This document shows, one piece after another, positions 60,701-64,000 of a DNA stretch of 64,000 bases. The stretch comes from Rhizaria sp. SCN 62-66. Its lineage: Eukaryota. A program made the translations under genes and the position numbers. The DNA is taken from the NCBI GenBank assembly GCA_001724265.1, contig MEDY01000056.1:1-64000 (forward strand), in the 5' to 3' direction. Below the pieces are notes generated by a model. It was not told where the DNA came from, made no database searches, and saw only the letters and a program-made list of their open reading frames with translations. Each line of letters begins with the position of its first letter. The stretch's first letter is position 1.

Positions 60701-63700
60701 CACGCACTCCGACTCTGACTCCGAGTCCGCGGACTCAGAGTCGGACTCGGCAGAGTCAGACTCGGACCGCGGCCGCAGTCGTCGCCGTAGCTCGCGCCAC
60801 AAGCGCTCTAGCTCCCGCCGTGACCGCAAAAGTCGCCGCCGCAGCGAGCGTTCCCGCCGCCGCCGTCACGACTCTGACTTGGGCTCTGAATCAGACAGCG
60901 ACAGCGCTCGCCGCAGTCGCGGCAGCGATGGCAGTGGCCGTGAGCGTCGCCGCAGCCGCCGCGACCGCCGTCACGCCTCCAAGTCCGCCGTCCCTGCACT
61001 CGCGGCCCCCAAGTCCGACAGCAAGCGCGTCGCCCCGCCGCCGCCGCCGCCGCGCGGCCCGCGCGATGTGGGCGTGCTGAAGCTGTGCGTGTACGACCTG
61101 GCGGACCCACGCGCGGTGACCGACGGCGACTTCGCGTGCTGGGCCAAGCTCACGCTGCCGCAGCTGCTCGCCTGCCCGGCCGGGACGCCCGTCGCCGTGC
61201 CGATGCACCCCGCGGCTGGCGCGATCAAGGCGCACGCCAAGCGCCGCGCCGCCTGGGACAAGCGGCAGCAGCGCCTCGCCGCCGCAGCAGCCGCGTCACA
61301 GAATGGTGAGAATGCCGACGGTGACTATGGCGCGGATGCATTCGAATAGGACGAGGATGAGAGAGACATGCTGCTGCTGCCGGTGCCGGAGACGCTGCCG
61401 ACGCCCGTGATTGTGCTCACGTGGGAGGACGCCACGCCTCCGGTCACGCGCACGCACGACGGGCGCCTGCTGCTAGCCGCGGGCACTGGCGCTGGGGCCA
61501 GCGGCAACGCGAGTCTCAACAACTCGGCAGCGAACGCGCTCAACGCGTCTGCCAGCGACTCCAAAGCACTTGTGCCTGCTGCGGGGGCGGGCGCCGCAGA
61601 GGACGACGACGAGGATGATGACGACGACGTGCTCGCGGGCTTCTCCGGCTCTGGTGTCGGCGCGTGTCTGCGTCGCCTTCGTGGTGCCTACGCCGCTGAC
61701 CGCGCCGTGTACGCCCGCTGGGAAGCTATAAATGGTGCTGATGCCGCTGCGGAAGCGAAGGCCAAGGCGGCGAAGGCCAAAGCTAAAGCTAAGGCCGCCG
61801 AGCGCAAGCGCAAGTTGGCTGAAACAACTGCGGCGACCAATGCCACTGCTGATGTCGCAGGCGCTGACCCAGGCTCGCTGCACGCAATGCTGCTCCGCAA
61901 CGCCGCTGCCGGGGCCGGCCACAACGCAGCCGGTGGTGGCGCGGGCGCGATTGCCGCCGCTGCCGCCGCGATGGCTGCTGCTGCTGTTGCATCGTCACTG
62001 TCGCGCCCGCAACTGCCTCCGCTGAAGCGCACCCCGTCTGGTGGCCGCAGTCACCGCAGCAACAGTAACCGCGTCGCCGGCGCTGACGCAGGCGCTGCGA
62101 CTGCAACAGCGCTTGCTGCAATGGCCGCTGCTGTCGCCGCGACCGCCGCTGCCTCCGCGGGCGGGGCTCCCGCTCCCGTGCGCGCTTCGGCCGACATTGC
62201 AGCGTACGACCCCGCCGCGCCGCCGCTGCTGCTGCCGCCGCTCTGCGCACCCGCGCCCGGCGCGGCGCACGCGCCGTCGCTGACCGTGCTGTTGCACGCG
62301 TCGCTGCGGCTGCGCGTGCCCGCCGCCGCGCCTGTGCCCGCGCGCGCGCTCGCCGTCGCCGCACGCCGCCGCGACCTTGTCACCAGGTCCATCACGGCCG
62401 CGGCTGACTGGCTGAGCCGCACCGCGCTGCTCGCGCAGGCGGTTCCTCCCACTGGCCACGGTCAGCAGCCGCCGCCGCAGTGGGAGTGGCAGTCGCGCGC
62501 CGCCCCGTCCGCCTCCCGCGCGCAGGCCCGCCGCGAGGCGCGGCTGCGCGCGGTGCAGCGGTGCCGCGCGCTGTGGGCGCGCGCGGTGCAGGCCGCCCCC
62601 GCGGCGGCCGCGGCGGCGCGGGCGCTGCTGCTCACGGTCACGGGCGATGGGCAGAGTCGCACGTTGCCGCTGCTCACGGTCTCTCTGCCCCCCGTTGAGG
62701 CTGTGCCCGAAGCTGCTTTCGAGTCGAACGCAGATGACTCTGCTAATGCAGCAACCCCGAACGAGGCGAACGTGGTTGGTGTTCCTGCTCCTGAGAAGGT
62801 TGCAGAAAACAATGACTTTGAGTCCAGCATCCCTCCTGTTCCTGCTGATGCACCCAAGAGCACCGGTTTCTCCGTTGCGGCCGGTTACGACGAGGACGAG
62901 GGCTACGGCTTCGATGCATTCGATGCGGCCCCCACTCCAAGTGCAACAGTCAATGCCGACTCCGCTGCTTTGGCAGCCGGGCACGACACTATTGCGCCCC
63001 TTGCGAGCAACACAGGCGACAACGGCACCGATGCGTCGCTCTTTGCTGCGCCCGTGTCGCCGATCGCGAGCGCTCGCGGCGACGGCCGCGGTGAGGCTGT
63101 CAACATGAGTGTCAGCGGCAAAACCGTCGCTCAGCCGCCGAGTGTGCTGCTTGCGGACCTTGCCCCGCTGCTTTCTTGCATGCAGGTCTGTCTCAGGGTC
63201 ACGTTCGGCACCGCCAACGCTGACACTGCGATGACCAACGGCAACGACTCACAGTTTCCGATCACTGCACCGACGAGTTCGAGTACTGCGCTTGTCGCTG
63301 TCGACAGCATTAACTCCGCGCTCGTTCCTTTCAACCACAGCACGACTGCGAATACTGCCAACGGGGTTCATGCCGACGCTGGCGAGGGCCCTGCCACAGT
63401 CGTGTCAACGTCGTGGATGCCCCTCTTCCCTGCAGTCGCGATCGCTTCCGTCGTCACTAACCACGTGACAGCTGAGACCGCGAGGGGTTCTTCGGCTGCC
63501 ACTGCGGAGTCGTCGCTGTCGTGGCCTGACCCCGTGGCTGCCCCGTACCGCCCCCGTGCGCCTGCTCCCGTCACGCTCACTGCGCGCGCGCGCGTGCCGC
63601 GGCCGACAGGTTACCTCACAGCCGGCGAGACCACTGCGGCTGCGGCGTGGGCAGCCGCTGTCGGCCGCTGGCGCTCTGTCGTCGAAGCCGCTGCGGCTGC

Positions 63701-64000
63701 CGCGGAGGCCGAGATCCTCGCGTTTCGCGTCAACCTCGACGACGAGGACGAGGACGAGGATCAAGACAGTGAGCACGAGTCCGACGCCGCAAGCGGCAGT
63801 GACAGCGAGGACGAGCGCGACAAGGCTGCTCGCGCCGCCCGCGCGCAGAACGACCTTCGCGCCGCGCTGCCCGCCCTCCCCGTGGCACCGCAGCCGCAGC
63901 CGTGGTTCGAGTGGGTCCTCGGCGCGCACACGGGCTCGCTGCGGTCCATCATCGCCGCCGCGACCACCCACGCCGAGGAGAGCGCTGCGGTCAGCACCGT
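57729..64000 (+). CDS. Very large low-complexity protein with a fragmented C2-like domain and an RS/SD-rich tract; one in-frame TAG; runs off the window
   Basis: Track ORF ends at TAG 61347-61349, but the same frame continues (DEDERDMLLLPVPETLPTPVIVLTWEDA...) with no stop apparent to base 64000. Copine-C2-like pieces: VRVRVACASLP, VAQTE, NPAFEQCIEI, LKLCVYD...DF...A.LTL.QLL. Start is ATG 57729 or 57780. Confidence 0.7.
60420..60980 (+). repeat. Arg/Ser- and Ser/Asp-rich low-complexity coding tract
   Basis: Alternating RRRR/SRSR and SDSDSES blocks in the translation. Confidence 0.75.
61347..61349 (+). other. In-frame TAG (context GADAFE*DEDERD)
   Basis: Embedded in a continuous acidic stretch. 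The nearby upstream GT sites (61306, 61321) would shift the frame into a TGA if TAG were a splice acceptor. Confidence 0.88.

Noticed and set aside
16768-61349. Pseudogene or random sequencing-error explanation for the internal stops
   Set aside because: All internal stops are the same codon, the recognised genes have no frameshifts or internal TAA/TGA, motifs are intact, and TAG is absent from true gene ends.
19414-61349. Pyrrolysine or selenocysteine-type recoding
   Set aside because: Sec uses UGA. Pyl is known from archaea and bacteria. The TAGs sit in non-catalytic low-complexity positions with no shared downstream element visible.
2605-62984. Numerous long antisense and alternate-frame ORFs (e.g. 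2605..3792, 33483..34847, 58946..60418)
   Set aside because: Expected shadow ORFs in GC-rich, Ala-rich coding DNA. They have no domain motifs and overlap well-supported genes.

Overview
Gene-dense, GC-rich nuclear DNA from a eukaryote, probably a ciliated or flagellated protist (it has meckelin, Integrator subunit 11 and spliceosomal introns). I find 17 protein-coding genes separated by short AT-rich spacers: RPS9 (3' end), INTS11, an MFS-like membrane protein, a RINT1/TIP20-like protein, PIG-V, prefoldin 5, two tandem PLAC8 genes, NSRP1/CCDC55-like, a VPS9 Rab5-GEF, meckelin, a PP2A-B56/protein kinase fusion, a giant STK19-like protein, Rab5, an unknown acidic protein, MAT1 and a large C2-like/RS-rich protein that runs off the end. 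The main observation is that TAG behaves as a sense codon. Eight in-frame TAGs interrupt six otherwise continuous genes, two of them inside the essential PIG-V gene. All 16 gene ends visible here use TAA (8) or TGA (8), never TAG. This suggests a variant nuclear code in which UAG is decoupled from UAA. Local context favours Leu, with Gln as the alternative. Other notable features are 2- to 8-fold inflation of many conserved proteins by Ala/Ser-rich insertions, the B56-kinase fusion, and a near-invariant GTACG 5' splice site. All family assignments come from motif recognition by eye, not database searches. No tRNA, rRNA, CRISPR or transposon was recognised.
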